Shown here piece after piece: positions 49,388 to 61,285 of a DNA stretch of 64,000 nucleotides. The first letter of the stretch is position 1. Each line of letters starts with the position of its first letter. Made by a program: the position numbers and the translations under genes. The DNA is from Lama glama (lineage: Eukaryota): contig CM052816.1 of assembly GCA_028534125.1 (NCBI GenBank), positions 61,816,001-61,880,000 of the forward strand, given 5' to 3'. Below the pieces are notes generated by a model, which saw only the letters and a program-made list of their open reading frames with translations, was not told the DNA's origin and did no database searches.

Positions 49388-51720
49388 AAAAGGACAATTT
49401 TGGTACAGCTGTGAAGTTAAGAACCTGGATTCCAACAAATAGAAGTTGTAAAAAGGAGAGGTAGGGATTTAAGATTACTCTTTTCAGAAGCAGGTCAATA
49501 GTGGAAGGCAGAATTTGGAAGAGCACACAGAAGAAACAAATTAAAAACTTTATCTTTAAGGTTGGGGAAAAATGAGCAGATGTGAGACAGAGAGAAAACT
49601 GTTTGTGAATATGGAGAGACTTTAGCAAAAGAACAAGGAAGGAGAAGAGAAAGTTCCTGAAGACAGTGGGAAAGGGTAGAGGAATAGTTAGCCTTGAAAA
49701 GAATTAGGGTCACCTTATCCTACTAAGACAAAAGATTGACTAGAAAAATTCGTGGGGAAACAGGAATTCTGTGGTGGGGAAGAGTAAAGTTGAGCAAGCT
49801 CATATTAGATGATCTTCTGAAAAAAGATGAGGTAATCTGTGAAAAGTTGGGGCACTGGCGATGTGAGGACTGTGGAAAATTCTTGGCAGAGAAAGACCAT
49901 GTGGAGAACCCAGTACAGAATGAACAATATAAACATGACAATCTCTGTACTGGAATCTACTCAGCTTTGAGTTTAATTATGTAAAGTACACTTACCTACA
50001 TTAAAACTGGTGATGTCAATAACAAGTAAACTTTTGATTTTTCCCTCTTTTAGTGGAACACTTGCCAGATACTAAATGATGTGACTGTTCTGAAACTGCT
50101 GTCATCTTTTTATTATTCAACTAAAAATTTTAAGCTAACCCATAAAATCACAAACAATACATCAACTCAGCTAAGAGCGGAATTTTTTTAAAATATAGCA
50201 CTTGCTAAATCTGAATTAGAAATATGCATTTTTGTGATTATATGCACACATTATATTTACATGTTATTTTAAGCTAGTAATACTATTAAATATCTAAGGA
50301 ATCCTATTCCCCATTATAAGTACTTAAATGAATGAACTGACTTAAAGGTTAATGCTCAATAAACATTGCTATCATATAGTAAAACACCATTCTTTAAGAA
50401 CAGTTTCTAGGAATGCCTCTTGATTTTTAGAGCAAACAAAGGAAGCTGACTGCTTATAATATAAAATGGTGGCAAATCCCAGCTCACAGAGAGATTAAAA
50501 AGTGAGAAAGTTAAAGAAGGTGAAAAGGTATTCTCTGGGAAACCTCTGTGAAGGAAGTAGTGTAGCATGCTCTTCTCCTTCCTTTATTTGAAGTCTGCTC
50601 TCTGACAATTTCCTCTCCAACACTACTCTTACAACGTAGAGATTTTAAAAACAAACCAACAAGCAAACAAACAAACTTTCTGGCAGTTTAAAACTAGCAG
50701 AATTGTCATTACTTTACATTATATCATGTATTTACTTCTTTATTGCCTGTCCCTACCCACCCCATGCCCAACTGGGATGTAAATCCCATGAGAACAGATA
50801 CTTCATCCTTTTGTTCTGTTTTATCCTCAGTGCCTTGAATAATGCTTAGAATATAGTAGGTACTCAATAAATAGATTAATAAACAGAAAATCAAATATAG
50901 AGTCCCAAGGCATATAAGGAACAAGAAACCTAGGGAAGAAAAGGGTTTTATGATATAAATAATATCAGCATTGTGGATTACTAAGAATTGACTATATATT
51001 TGGTTTACTAGATCATTGCTAAATATCTAAGATATACTAGTCTAGAGTTTATAAAATTCCATATTAATGTAAGACTAAAATTTTGTTTTGAGTAAAACAG
51101 TTTAAAGTTTCATAAATATGTATAATTATTTGAAATTATGTTTAATCCAAAGAAAGACAATTACTGTGAGCTTTTAGAATACATGATATAGATTGATACA
51201 TAAGATTAATACAAGGCAGAATATGCTAAATATTATGTGAAAATCACTGAGATATTCAGGGAAATGTGTTTTGAAATGTGTCTGAGGTATGGAGCTAGAA
51301 ATGAAGATTGGTGAATCATCTGGCAAAAGAATCAGCAAACACATCTTTTGTAGGATTCTGATTGGAGTCTAAGGGAGTTTGGGAAAGGTTCATAGGAGGT
51401 GGAGTGTTTGAGATGGGACAAGAAGGACAAAAATTCCAGAGACCAAAATGGCAGAAGAATGGTACAATAGAATCGCGTAAGCAATATGACACAGACAAGA
51501 AAGGGTGGAGTATAGCCAAGGATCCATGAAGGGCAGTTGGGGGAGAATATGGAATCTGTTTGGGGAAATAATGAAGAAAAGACTTTAAATCTGTATTAGA
51601 GCAGATCCTGGGGACTCTGCATACAGTTTTCTAGAGAACAGAATGAGGACAGATCAAGGGTTTTTGCTTACTTCATCTGATTTAATCCTCTGGACAATCA
51701 TGTGAGGTTGGTGTTACCAT

Positions 51721-52190
51721 TGTGGTCAACACACCCCTCCCTGAGTCCACATGACTCTAGTGGTATTGCCTCTATCTCTGGCTTAAGCAATGGCACATGA
51801 CTCAGAACTGGTCAGTTAGAGCCTTTAATTCTACAGCTACAGTAATCATTTCAGGATGGGCACACGACAGTATTAGAAAAATGAGATGGTATAGGTTTTT
51901 GTGGAGACCTCTGGGACAAAGGCATGCACCTTATGTCCACTGGATTAGAACCTAAGAAGCTGTGAGGAGTTGATATGACTACTCAAACCCTCGTGTGGAA
52001 AGCGTAAATGGCACAAATAAGGGTGTGTACGTGGGGGCTGTGGTGGGGATGCGAAAGGAGAATCAAGAGATGGAGACACAGAGAAAATCTAGGTCCACCT
52101 GACATCATTTTAGCCTCTGATTAAGCTTCGCCTGAAATCAGTTCTACATAGAGCTGCAATAGAAGCTTATAAGACTAAGCCTGATTAACT
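51721..52190 (+). mobile_element. MLT1 (ERVL-MaLR) solo LTR inserted in a MIR
   Basis: MLT1-like text (ggcacatgactcagaactgg; ttcaggatgggcac). MIR halves at about 51670-51720 and 52225-52350. Confidence 0.55.
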
Positions 52191-52529
52191 ATTTGAAATT
52201 ATAAAATTCCCAACTGATAGAATGTTATCCCCATTTTACAAATGAAGAAGCTGAAGGATAGAGAAAGTAAGTAATTTTCCCAAGATCACACAGGTCTTAA
52301 ATAACAGATCTACAGCTCTAACTCATATTTGATGGCTCCAGGCCCATGTTGCTAACTAAAGATTTTTTATTTTGTGTTTCATATGTATGTGTATATATGT
52401 GTCTAAGAAAGAGAGGGAGGAAGAGAGAAAATCAGGGCTTAACTTTATTTTGGTATATAAAAATAATGACTATTCATTGATTACACTTTGCTAAGTACTT
52501 TACTTAAAATTTCTATAGATGCCGATCAT

Positions 52530-53068
52530 TACCAGCTTGTCCATATTGACTTGTAATGAAATCTGTCTTGTCCACAACTGCTGCTCCCTCTATTAGCCTC
52601 AGAAGCTGGGGTCAGGGGTGGCATGTGAGCCATTCAAGGTCACAAGGGACTATGACTTGTGTAGCTAGTCAAAATATGAGATAGGCCAATCAGATTCCTT
52701 TCTTGAAAATATGGTGAGACTGAGCCAGCTGGCTGTAGGCAAAAGGCACATTCAGACTTGGGGTAGTCATTAGGAGATCGTGTGCAAAAAAAAATTCTAA
52801 AGGAGAATAAAAAGAGGAGACTGTCTATAGAAAGAAGAGTACAGGGCAGATGTAGAAAGAAAAGCAGAGATACAAAGAGAAAATGAGATTACATATCTTT
52901 GGAAGGAGAACAGCTTCAGTTTCTGGTCACATTCTATATCCCTACTCTTAGGTTTCTGTCTTTGGATATTCATGAGATTCCTCTCTATGGTTGTAAGAAT
53001 CTTCCTTTTACTTAAGCTAGTTTGAATGGCTCTTGAACCATGAAACCAATAAAGTACAGACTAGCATA
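52530..53068 (+). mobile_element. MLT1 (ERVL-MaLR) solo LTR
   Basis: caggggtggcatgtga; ggccaatcagattcc; tttacttaagctagtttgaatgg. Confidence 0.55.
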
Positions 53069-54894
53069 ATGTATCATTCTAGTCAATTATCAGTGACTTA
53101 ACCCATGAGGTAACTGTCTTCAAGATAAATAACAGGTTCAGAGAGCTTAAATTTCCTAAAGGAGACAATTATTTGAGATGAAGCTAGGATTAAACCTCAG
53201 GTCTATGTGTCTTTACTCCACAAGTATAGGACTAATTAAAATAAGGAAACACCAGACACATAAGGAAATCAATTAGGAATTAATGACAATACTTTAGGAA
53301 GAGGTAGTGAGAGACACCTAGAGCAATGGATGAGGAATAGAAGTGAAAGGACAGGTAAAAATGTACAGGGATGTCTATGGGGGTAGGGATGAGGGGTGAG
53401 CAGGGATGAGGGGTGAGTAAAAGAAGATGAAAAAGCAAAAGATGATACTAAGATTTTTTTAACTTGGCTGATTGGAAGAACAGTGGTACCATTAATGACA
53501 GTAGAGAAATTAGGCCTGGGGCTTGTTTTTGTGGGAATAAAATACACTTAATTATGGTCACTATTAGTTTTAAGCAAATGTGTTTAAAATGAGAGTTGGA
53601 AATGCGGGTCTGAAGCTCAGACAGAAAAAGGGATTTGAGAATTATTTTAATAAGTAACTTCACTAAAGTTTTTGTAAAACTCAGTAAGTCACTGTACATA
53701 CAGAAAAAAAATCAGTATTGCACAAGAACAAAGCTTTAAATTAAGAGATAAACACTATATTTAACCTCAAAAATAAATTACTTTAGATTTCTAATTTTAC
53801 TCCAGCCAGTCAGCATTTATGGTGACAAATTTATTGTACTCAAATGAAAAAAATGAAGCAACAAAATAAAATATACCTATTTAGTCTATATGTACACACA
53901 CACACACACACACCCCCCAAACAAAACATTTATATCTTTAAAGGATATAATAATGCTTTAAATTGTATAGCAAAATATATGGATATAAATAATAAAAATG
54001 ACTTGTTTTTATGCCCTACATTTCTCCATGGAACTTTAACAGACATTATCTCATTGTTTTAAGACCTGTTATGAAACAATCTGACATTTATATAACACCA
54101 TTCATTTTCAATAATCCCAAAGGGCTTTACAAACCCTGGAAGAATGACTTTTTGCTCATGTTCAATATGCAACCACTGAGGGATGGAGCTAGGGTGTGTG
54201 GGAAGAAAAGTGGACAGGACTGTGATAGATATTCTGTGAAACACAGCAGTAACATTATACAACCATTCAAGAAAGGAAGTGAAAGACATTATTAAACTGA
54301 AACCATGAAGAAACAAGCAGAAAAGATCCAGAATAAGATAGCATTACACTTGTTAAATTTGAGAAAAATATTAACACTAACTGGTTTTACTTTTATCATT
54401 TATATCTTATTAGAATAAAATATAGATACCACCAAGTTTAAAAAAATGGGTATCATCTGCTAAATTGGGACTTCATTTTCTACAGTGCTTTTTGTATGGG
54501 TAATGACCTATTTTCCAACTGGGAATCAGGATGCTAAAGCATTATTAATTTAATATATTTTGTAAGGGGACTATATTATCTAAAGACTTCTCTCCTCCTT
54601 CCTTCCCTTTTTTGGACTGAGACTAGATGCTGAAAAACAAACACTTAGCTGGAAAAATTTAAAAGGGGTTTTTGTTTTGTTCTGAATCTATCAGGTGTAT
54701 TAGCCAGGATTCTCCAGAGAAACAGAACCAATAGGATGATATATGGAAAGATTTACTACAAGGAATTGAATCACAAAATTATGAAGGTTAAGAAGTCCCA
54801 GATCTGCAGTTGGCAAACTAGAGATCCAGTCCGAGTCTGAAGTTCTAAGAAACAGAAGAGCTGATGGTTTAAGTTCCATTTAAAAGCCACAGCC

Positions 54895-55197
54895 ATGGCC
54901 ATCATTCAAAAGTCCACAAATGACAAATGCTGGAGAAGCTGTGGAGAAAAGGGAACCCTCCTACACTGCTGGTGGGAATGCAGTTTGGTGCAGCCACTGT
55001 GGAAAATAGTATGCAGATTCCTCAAAAGACTAGGAATAGACTTTTCATATGACCCAGTAATCCCGCTCCTGGCCATATNNNNNNNNNNNNNNNNNNNNNN
55101 NNNNNNNNNNNNNNNNNNNNNNNNNNNNNNNNNNNNNNNNNNNNNNNNNNNNNNNNNNNNNNNNNNNNNNNNNNNNNNGTTAAAAAGTAAATAAATA
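54895..55197 (+). mobile_element. Young 5'-truncated L1 (same family as 1-2642) spanning a gap
   Basis: Peptide [30 protein letters not shown]-rich tail after the gap. Imperfect TSD aagccacag / aagccatag. Confidence 0.9.
55079..55178. other. Assembly gap (100 N)
   Basis: Run of N. Confidence 1.
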
Positions 55198-56999
55198 TAA
55201 GCCATAGGTTTGAAACCCAAGATGAGCTGACATTTCAGTTTGATTCTGAAAACAGGAAAAGACTAATATTCCAGCTCAATGTGGTCAGGAAGGAGGAGTT
55301 TGAGTTCCCTCTCATTCTCAGGAAGACCAGCCTTTTTGTCCTATTCAAGCCTTGGACTGATGGATGAGATCCATCTACACTAGAGAGGGCAATCTGCTTT
55401 ACTCAGTCTACCGATTCAACTGCTAATCTCATCCAAAAACGCCCTCACAGGCATACCCATAATAACATTTGACTAAGTATCAGGGCATCCTGTGGCCCCA
55501 TCAAGTTGAAACATAAAATTAAACATCTCATCCAATTAAAAGCCTTTGTCCTTTCCATGACAGAACTAAGAGAACTCACTTTTCTGAAGCACTTCAGGTC
55601 AATGTAATAATGCATATAAAGAAGACAGTGCCAGATTCCCTGCTTGGAGCAAAGAAATATGCCAACTGATGCCAAAAGGCTGTAGTACCTCAGTGTTGTT
55701 TCCTCTACTCACAATATACACGAGGTGGACTACAGAAGATGGATGGTGTCTTTGTTGGACATATGGGTAGAGGGAATTCAGGGGAAGAGCTGGATATCGC
55801 AAAATACTGCCGAACTACTCTCCTAGCACCATCTCATATGCTTATGGAGGGAATAGAGCCAATTTTCTGGAGGAAAGAGAACATAAGCCTTAGAGGTACA
55901 CTGAGACTTTGACTATCTCTAGCTAACTCATAGGAGAAAGGGGGAGAACACCCCTGATAAGTCTCCAAAAATGCCACTTAATGTCCTGAACCTGCAGATC
56001 ACCTTCCAGCACAGAGCAAATTCTCTAAATCATTACTGCCACTATCACTACTGCCACTAAAGCTACCACCTAAGGTACTATATACTTTACATACTTAATC
56101 CTTACAACAAACAAATAAATACACCCATTTCACAGATGAGGAAACTAAGAGAGGACCAGTGTTGGAGGTATATTTTTGTTTGCTTAGTGTATTTTTGACC
56201 CCTTCCTCTGATAACAGATCCTGTCCCTGGTGACTGAGTGGTATGTGACCAATCAATCAGTGTCTGTCTTCTAGGAGGTGGTACTCAAGAAAGCTACAAA
56301 GAAGCTAGGGTGAAATGTCTGATGATAGATCCCGGTAAAAGTCCAAGATGTCCTGTATCCACGGACTTTGGTCTTCCTGCCCTTCCTGAAGCTTGGCTAT
56401 TCAGTGCTTTGCTCCATTGTGTGTGCCATCTCAGGATCCTAACCTGTGGCTTAAATTGTAGTTGGCTGGGAACCTTAAGAAATACACAGGTGTATTATAT
56501 AATTTATCCAAGAGCAGACAGGTATCAGTGGAAGAGCTAAGACTCAAACCTAGATTTTTCTGACTTTAAAGGCCATGCTTTAAACCATGACACCTTACTG
56601 GTTTTTGAAAATTGAGATCCTGTAATGTTATCTGCCACCAAAAGAAATTATAGCATGCTCCTGATCATATATCTTGGCTTATTGAGCAAAGTTTTTGAAA
56701 ATAGTTAAGCTAACATGAAAAATCTTTTAAAAATTACTCTATAAAATAAAATTTCATTGTTGAAAAGGAAAAATCTTTAGTGGGCATATCTGAGTTAAGT
56801 TATTTGAATATTGTATAAAAGGGACAGCCAGGGTATAAGAAAGAGATACTTGAGTTGTGGTATTTCTCGGTTAGTGAGAAGAAATGAAGAGTAAAATTTT
56901 CAAAAACCTCCCAGAGAAGCAGGTGAAGAGTTGAAAATAGCATGGAATGTACTGCAGGTTAATACAATGGAAAGACCCAAAAGTTCAAAAGTAAAACAT

Positions 57000-57460
57000 A
57001 CCAAAAATACACCTATCTATCACATGTCCTAGCCATTCCTCTTCTAGACAGTTACCCAAGAGAAATAAAAGCATATGGCTATATAAAAACATGTGGTGTA
57101 TCTGTATCATGGACTACTACTTAGCATAAAAGGAGCAAACTACTGATATACACAATAACATGGATAAATCTCAGAACACTTTTGCCGAGTGAAAGAAGCC
57201 AGATCAAAAAAGAGATACATACAGTATATGATTCTGTTTAAGTAAAATTCTAGAAAATACAAACTGTTTTATAGTGATAGGAAGAATTTTAGTGGTTGGC
57301 TGGGGATTGGATAGGATTACTATGGGGCATGAAAATGTACTGGAATTGAGGAATATGTTCACTATGTGGACTGTGGTGAAGGTTTCACAGGTGTTTTTAA
57401 ATGTCAAAACATGTCAGTTTGTTCACTTTAAATTATTCCTCAATCAAGCTGTTAAAAATT
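57000..57460 (+). mobile_element. Old L1 (L1MB/ME-like) 3' end
   Basis: cctagccattcctctt; acatggataaatctca; gagtgaaagaagccaga; terminal caatcaagctgttaaaaa. Confidence 0.7.
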
Positions 57461-58004
57461 TTTTCCTGTGTTCAAATTACTGTGTGGATTCTGTCTGTGA
57501 CAGGGTTCTTCTGATAACTATCCAATTTAAAGCAGTCCTCCAGTCACTATATCACACTGTCCTGTTATATATTATTTTCTTAGCCCTTATTATCTGAAGT
57601 CACTTTGTTCACTATTTGTTCATCCGTGCTCTTCATTTTAACATGGATTTATGCTTAAAAAATTATCTTTAATTTCCTTCATTCTAATTTTTCTCTTTCC
57701 TCTTAGCTTATAAATTATATTAGCCATTTAAGAAAAAGTTAATTTCATTAATTTCTTCAGCAAGTGTTTCTTGGATGTCTATTATGTTGCCAGTCACTGA
57801 GTCAAGGACCAAGCACCGGGAGATGAATCCGCTAAGACGCCTACCCTGCGGGGCACCCTTCCAACTATTGCTGTACTTATTGCCCTTCATCTTACAGTAA
57901 AATCTTATTCATCTCTCAAAACCTGGCTCAGATACTTGGTCAAACTTTTCCTGACCAAATGGACTGCTGCCTCTTTGGTTCTTACTAGGCCTTTGTTTAT
58001 ATTA

Positions 58005-58508
58005 TGTAACAGAATCTGCTAATTTTTTCCATGAATTCATTCTCTCCTTTTACCTTTTAGTGATAGAACCATCCCTCATCTCCTCACTCCTGACACTAAG
58101 TTCTAGCTAGGCACTTGGCTACCCAAATGTGGTCTAGCCTTTCCTAGAGCTTGATATGGCCATGTGACGTCAAGATAATATGATTTGAGTGAAAGTGCTG
58201 TGTGTAACTTTTGGGTCATCTTAAAGATGAAACCATTTGTCTGGTACTCAGGAATCTTTGCCCTTCCCTCTTGCTGGAACACTGACATGAAGGTGAGCAA
58301 TGTGGGACATGCTCACCCCTAGGACATGGTGGAATAACAAAATGAAAGAAACTCTGGTCTGTGAATCACCTGTTAGCCCTTAAGTGTTCACCCCTTGATG
58401 GTGTACACCAGAGAAATAATCCCCAATCTTATCCACAGATTATATTTTTGAGTCTCTGTCTGCTTCTCTCTCCCCTCTTTTTAACAGCAAATTTTTCTGT
58501 AGCTAATA
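58005..58508 (+). mobile_element. MLT1J-like solo LTR
   Basis: Starts tgtaacaga and contains atggccatgtgac and tttgcccttccctcttgctggaa. Confidence 0.6.
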
Positions 58509-58699
58509 AAATCAGCTCTTAATAGAACCTTCCCCTATGGAACTCCTTGCACATAGCAAGTAGATCTTATTTTCTCTGAATTGGAAGGACATTCAATAAA
58601 GAGTAAGTGACAAATGTCTAATGCAACAAAATCAAATCAATTTTCTGGTTATCTACTATGTGTGAGGGATTAAGAACTTATGCTACTGGTAATTTATTA

Positions 58700-60713
58700 C
58701 GGTATCTCCATTCTAAAAACTGTTTTCTATTTTACTGATTCCTGCTCTTTATTTCCATCCTTCTACTTCTTTGGATTAATTTTGCCTGCTTTTTTTTTTT
58801 AGCTTCTTTACATGGGAAACTTTAATTTCTTAAATATATGTATCTAAAGCTATAACTTCCATTCTAAGTACAACTATAGACATATCAACATGTTTGGAAA
58901 CCAGTAACCATTCAAAATCAATTGTTACTAATTATTCACATCTGCATTTTGTCAGAGAGGTAGTCTGTTTGAAAACAATCATCTGAAATCTTTCTTTATA
59001 GTCCACTATGTGGCCACTTTCCATTAATGTCTCAGGGGTGCTGGAAAATAGCGTGCATTCTAAAGCTGTTGAGTGCAATATTCTATTTAGATGCATTATA
59101 TCAAGCATGTTAACTGTGTAGTCCAAATTATCTATATTCTCATTAATTTTTCCATATGCTTTTAAAATCAGTTACTGGGAATAGTATATATTAAAATATC
59201 CCACTATGATAAGCTTATTTACTTCTTATAGGTCTATCAATTTTTGCTTCATACATTTTGAGTCTGTGTTATTGGGTCCATTCAGGTTTAGGAATGTTAA
59301 ATGTTTCTGGTAAATTAAAATTTTTGCTATTACGTAGAGACCCTCTTTATCCCTAAGAATACATTTTGCCTTAAAGATTTGATGGTCCAATATATTTAAG
59401 ATGTTTCTCATGTAAGTAGTATATGAATGACTTTCTTTTCAGCCCAGCTTGACACTCTTGGTGTTTTAAGTAAAGTATTTGGCCTTTCGTATTATTTCAA
59501 TAAAATTAATGATATATCTACATCTTATTTTCCTATCTTATTCTGTACCATTATTTTTAATATCCTGTCCAGTCTACATTTCTTTTTCCCTCTTTTCTTG
59601 TCTCCTTTTGAGTTCAATTTTTCCTTAATCTATCTCTTTCTCTACCAGTTTGGAAGTTATGACCTTTTCATATCCTTTTAATAGTTTTCTTTAAAATATT
59701 AACATGCATATTTAGTGTGTTAAAGTCTAAATTTAATTTGTATCTTTATGCGCTTCCCAAATAAGAGTCCATACAAGGACCATGGAATGCTTTTCCAAAC
59801 TCCTTTCACCTGCTCTTCAAACTTATATGCTCTAGTTATATGTATTTTAATTTTATCTTTAACACAAAACATTATTATTTTACTCACTCAATGTTTATCT
59901 AGATTTACTCATATATTTATCACTTTCTACATTCCTTTCTCTTTACAGGGCAGTTTTTCCATCTAGGTTCTCCTATCTTTTGTCTGAATTAGGTCTTTTA
60001 GAATTTCCTTAAGTGAAGGTATGCAGGTAGCAAAGTCTCTCAATTTTTGTTTCTCTGAAGAACACTTTCCCTCAGTACCTTGAAAATAATATGTCCTCAT
60101 GTCCTCACTTGCTGCTGTTGAGAAACTACCTCTTGCTTTTTTTAAAGATAACATTTTTTCCTCTCTAGCTGCTTCTAAGATCTCTTTGTGTTGAATGTTA
60201 TGAAGTATTATCATGATGTGTCAACATCTGGATTTATTTTTATTTATCCTCTTCTCATTTTTTTAAAAACTTTTTTACTCTGTGCACTGATCTCTTTCAG
60301 TTAGTTAAAGAAAATTTTCAGCTATCATCTCTTCAAATACTGTCTCTACTTGCCCTTTGATCTCCTGGAATATGATTAGACGTTTATTAGGTTTTTTCTT
60401 CTTCCAGGTCCCCTATCTATTTTTGGGCTGAATTGTACATAACTTTTTCAATTCTACCTTTCAGTTCACTAATGTTCTTTTTAGCTGTGTCTAATTTGCT
60501 ATATAAAACCTCTTGAATTTTTAATGTCAACTATTTTTTTTATTTCTAGGAAATTTCCTTAGTTTGTTTTAAACAATTTATTCTTTATATTTTAAACACC
60601 ATTTCTTGAAATACATTATATATACTTAACATTTAGTGTCTGAATAAAATTCCAAGAATTTATGACTGATTCTGTTGCCTGTTGTTTCTGTCAGCGTTTT
60701 GTCAGAGTGCCTG

Positions 60714-60715
<2 letters not shown>
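58700..60715 (-). mobile_element. Ancient antisense L1 (ORF1 and ORF2 EN/linker remnants)
   Basis: Minus-strand peptides KEILEAAREEK...KLRDFATCIPSLKEILKD (ORF1-like) and RDKEGLYVIAKILIYQKHLTFLNLNGPNN (EN-like). Confidence 0.8.

Positions 60716-60716
<1 letters not shown>

Positions 60717-60772
<56 letters not shown>
60717..60772. repeat. Perfect (TG)28 microsatellite
   Basis: Uninterrupted TG run of 56 nt. Confidence 0.98.
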
Positions 60773-60778
<6 letters not shown>

Positions 60779-61117
60779 AGTTCATAAGAGCATATAAGAA
60801 GAATTTTTATGGTATAGCCAACATTTTTAGTTGTTTTTAGTGGGAGGATCAGTTTGGACTCTCAGTCCACTATGTTACTAGAAACTGACATTTTCTATAA
60901 CATTACAATTTTTATCATTCATTCCAAAATTACATGTTTAGTCTTTGAAAAGGCACAACAAGTATAATACTAATGTGCTCTTTAGAGGACATTAGGTTTG
61001 TTAAGAAGGTTTTAGAAACAATTATTCTCACTAAAACCAAAGTAGATTTTAATAAATACCAATTAAAAATGTACAGACTGTATCTACTCGAGGTTGGATC
61101 AAATTGAAGAACAGATT

Positions 61118-61285
61118 TGTGGAAGGAATATTGGACTGGAAGCCAGGGGGCCTCAGTTCTAGCACTACTACTTTGTTGTGTGATTTTGGGTAAGCCCATT
61201 AATTGACTGGCCTTTGGTTTCCTATATATAATGGACATGTAGGGCTGGATGCTCCTTTTAGGACCAAAACTCTGTGATGACTGCA
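61118..61285 (+). mobile_element. MIR SINE
   Basis: gtggaaggaatattggactgga...tgtgtgattttgggtaagcc...ggtttcct. Confidence 0.65.

Larger units (their letters stand above)
54696..55530 (-). mobile_element. MLT2 (ERVL) solo LTR interrupted by a young L1
   Basis: Ends tgtattagccaggattctccagagaaacagaaccaatagga and caagttgaaacataaaattaaacatctca, with internal agggcaatctgctttactcagtctac. Confidence 0.88.

Noticed and set aside
49990..50125. Strong minus-strand donor TAG|GTAAGT as a possible cryptic exon
   Set aside because: No good polypyrimidine tract or acceptor, and no coding similarity.
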